Source of the DNA: an uncultured bacterium
Lineage (GTDB): Bacteria > Auribacterota > Erginobacteria > Erginobacterales > Erginobacteraceae
DNA: 64,000 nt
Assembly: GCA_963822585.1 (NCBI GenBank)
Contig: CAWGIE010000031.1
Span: forward strand, 1-64,000
Direction of reading: 5' to 3'
Numbering within the stretch: position 1 is the stretch's first letter; every line of letters begins with the position of its first letter. The translations under genes and the position numbers were made by a program. A model generated the notes under the pieces. It ran no database searches, was not told where the DNA came from, and saw nothing but the letters and a program-made list of their open reading frames with translations. Positions 61,547 to 64,000 of this stretch are shown piece by piece.

Positions 61547-63205
61547 TCACCGCACCTGCTTCAATTTCAGGCTTTCGGGATCAATTTCCCAACCGGCTTC
61601 TCCTCTTGAAAAAGCGAACAGCCTGCCATTCGCATCCCTGAAAATCCACTGGTACGTTCCGTTCATGAACCGCGCCATGTCATGATTCCAGCAGAGCGGA
61701 GGCAGCCCGGGGGCGATCGCGTCGTCGAGATATATCTTTCGTGCCGGGGTAATTTCCCCTTCCCTGATCCCCATCCTGACCGCCGAGAGCATCCCGTCCA
61801 GGGGCGCCATCTGTTCCCGGAGAAATGCGATATGGGGCAGCAGTACGATGACGTTCACCGCCAGGACGATCGACAGAAAGGGATAGATAACCCACCGCAG
61901 GCGGGGATGAAACTTCAACAGGCGATCAACGACGAAGAGGGCGACCAGCATGACCAGAGCGTTGGACAGGTACTGATACCGGAACTGACGAAGAACGTAA
62001 ATCGGGAAGTTGGTACCCATTCGCCCGTGGATCAGAACAAAAACACCGGTCACCAGTAAAAAGATATAAAAGAAGAACGGGGATAAGAATTCTCGAGGCC
62101 GCTTCTTCAGCAGAAGGACCAGGCCGATGATAAAAAGACAGATCAGGATTCCTCCGCTGATAGAGAGGAACCGATCTATCTCCGCGACCGCCGGACGCCA
62201 GAGACTGTCCAGATCCGCGGCCTTGCTGACGATCAGGGGAGGAGCGACCAGGGCGCCGGCAGAACGATCAGCCAGAGCCTGTCGCAGAACCGGGCTTGAT
62301 AAGAGATAGAGCCCCCCCCGCCCGATATTGTCCTGGACGATCACCGGACAGGTCAAAACGGGGATTATGTTGGCGATCACTCCGTTGAAGACAATGCTGA
62401 ATGCGGTGACGGCAAAGCTGAAATAAATCGCGGGGACCGAGAAGAGATACCGCGCGGAGGCCGACGGCGCCCCGAGCGGGGACCGCGAATGGAGATACAG
62501 GACAACCGATCCGTACACGGCATAGAGAACGACCAGGGCCAGGATGGACGGCAGAACCGGGCCCTTGCTTCGCGAACGAAACTCATCGGTGCTCCCCCCA
62601 CCCGGGAGCAGGAAAAAGATCGCCGGCGGCCAGAAGAGGAAGGTCTCATAACACAAAAGTCCCGGCAGGAAACAGAGAACGGCCACCCCCAGGCAGAGAA
62701 GCCGCCCCGACCGCCGATACTCCAGGTAGGAGAGAAACCCCATCAGGAAGAGAGAGAAGCCGACGATGACGGCCAGGTGAAATGTCCAGGCGACGATGTC
62801 GAAGTGGGAGAAGAGAAACGCGAAAACGGTGAGAAAAGCCGCGGCGATCGCCCTCCCGCATCCGAAGACCCGGGCGAGCCGGTACATCAAGATAATACTG
62901 AAGCAGTAGAATCCGAAGGTGACGGTATGGAACCAGAGATAGCGGGCGCCGAAGAGAAGGTGCAGGCCGTAGAGGACCAGGTGAAAAAGCGGCCGATAGG
63001 TCCCGTGCCCCCAGACATCGTAATTGGCGATAGTGACCACCCGCTCAAAGCCCGAAAGGTCCTGATAGGCATGAAAATGATAGAAGAGGCACCAGTAATC
63101 GCTCCGGGGCGGGTTGGAGAACGTGGGCCGGTACATGAAAAAGAGGGCCAGGAAAAGCAAAGCGAAATAGCCCGCCATCACTTTCGAATAGTTCCTGTCT
63201 TGCAT
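61547..63205 (-). CDS. Multi-pass membrane protein, GT-C-like family A
   Basis: PTFSNPPRSDYW, YDVWGHGTYRPL, QFRYQ, LCWNHDMARFMNGTYQW; start uncertain. Confidence 0.7.
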   Translation of the reverse strand: MQDRNYSKVMAGYFALLFLALFFMYRPTFSNPPRSDYWCLFYHFHAYQDLSGFERVVTIANYDVWGHGTYRPLFHLVLYGLHLLFGARYLWFHTVTFGFYCFSIILMYRLARVFGCGRAIAAAFLTVFAFLFSHFDIVAWTFHLAVIVGFSLFLMGFLSYLEYRRSGRLLCLGVAVLCFLPGLLCYETFLFWPPAIFFLLPGGGSTDEFRSRSKGPVLPSILALVVLYAVYGSVVLYLHSRSPLGAPSASARYLFSVPAIYFSFAVTAFSIVFNGVIANIIPVLTCPVIVQDNIGRGGLYLLSSPVLRQALADRSAGALVAPPLIVSKAADLDSLWRPAVAEIDRFLSISGGILICLFIIGLVLLLKKRPREFLSPFFFYIFLLVTGVFVLIHGRMGTNFPIYVLRQFRYQYLSNALVMLVALFVVDRLLKFHPRLRWVIYPFLSIVLAVNVIVLLPHIAFLREQMAPLDGMLSAVRMGIREGEITPARKIYLDDAIAPGLPPLCWNHDMARFMNGTYQWIFRDANGRLFAFSRGEAGWEIDPESLKLKQVR

Positions 63206-63446
63206 CACACGATAGCCCCGCCCTGAGTTCATTCCAACCCCGGCATTATAGATAAAGTAAGCAGTCCCCTGCAAACCCTTTCCGGGCCTTATCCAGAAAG
63301 CCCTTTATCAGTAGTTCTCCATTATGGTACACATTCCCTGATGAGATCGCGCCCGCGGATAAGAGTTACAGGTTCCGATTGCCGGATCAACCGGACCGCC
63401 GATCTCCGTTTCTCGGTAAACATGAACATTTATTTTAGGGTTTATT

Positions 63447-64000
63447 ATGCCGGTAACAACATTCAAATATAAAGTAGCCTTACTGTTTCTCGGGCTGCTG
63501 GCGGGAATCATACTGCTGGAACTCGGCCTGCGGACGGCCGGATTTATCGTTTTTTATCTCCAGGAACGGGAGAACCGACAAGCCCTGAGACAAAGAAGCG
63601 AATACGTCATTCTCTGCCTGGGAGAATCGACCACGGCCATCGGCGGAGATGATTCTTACCCGAAACAGCTGGAGAGGATACTCAACGAGCGAAATCCGGG
63701 GGGAAAGGTAGCCGTGGTGAATAAAGGAATTGTCGGCTCCAATACCACCGCCATTATTGCCCGGCTGCCGGAGTACCTCGCTGAGTACCATCCCAATATG
63801 GTGATCGCGATGATGGGCATCAATGAAGGGCCGGGGGTAGCTGATCCCGCCGGCGGCGCTACCCCCATAACGGTAGGCTTTTTCAGAAATCTCCGCGTTT
63901 ATAAGCTGTTCCGGCTGCTCTGGGACCGGATCTCGTATAACGTCGAATTGGCGAGAACATCACGGCGAATAAACAAAGAGGCGGAAGATATCCTTACGCT
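63447..64000 (+). CDS. SGNH/GDSL hydrolase-like protein (runs off the window end; absent from the ORF track)
   Basis: Translated by hand: MPVTTFKYKVALL..LELGLR..ILCLGESTT..SYPKQL..VVNKG..MMGINE. Confidence 0.75.
   Translation, partial: MPVTTFKYKVALLFLGLLAGIILLELGLRTAGFIVFYLQERENRQALRQRSEYVILCLGESTTAIGGDDSYPKQLERILNERNPGGKVAVVNKGIVGSNTTAIIARLPEYLAEYHPNMVIAMMGINEGPGVADPAGGATPITVGFFRNLRVYKLFRLLWDRISYNVELARTSRRINKEAEDILT

Overview
This is a GC-rich bacterial window, lineage not determinable from the sequence alone, with four parts. (1) 0.5-11.7 kb is an accessory cassette of secreted surface-protein genes: a Pro/Thr hexapeptide-repeat protein with FG-GAP-like repeats, a decayed paralog, and three DUF1566/Lcl-type genes. 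The 3' ends of the DUF1566 genes look like diversity-generating retroelement (DGR) variable regions, but no RT or template repeat is in the window. The cassette is bounded by near-identical HUH/Y1 (RAYT-like) transposase elements with unusual tandemly re-iterated inverted ends, and lies between two ~70-bp direct repeats. (2) 11.7-20.7 kb holds mostly housekeeping genes (glycerate kinase, serC, serA-like, aroA), with a Rieske gene flanked by two ~190-bp nested hairpin elements. (3) 20.7-55.1 kb is a large minus-strand surface polysaccharide/glycosylation cluster: wecB, WecA-like, DegT, PglC-like, fcl, GT4s, Wzx, Wzy/ligase-like, Wzz-like, several paralogous GT-C-like membrane proteins and AT-rich inserts. 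(4) 55.3-64 kb contains a divergent GT2/DegT/HicBA/B12 radical SAM/arylsulfotransferase block, murB, a further GT-C-like paralog and a partial SGNH gene. No rRNA, tRNA or CRISPR array was found. All calls are by eye, without database searches.
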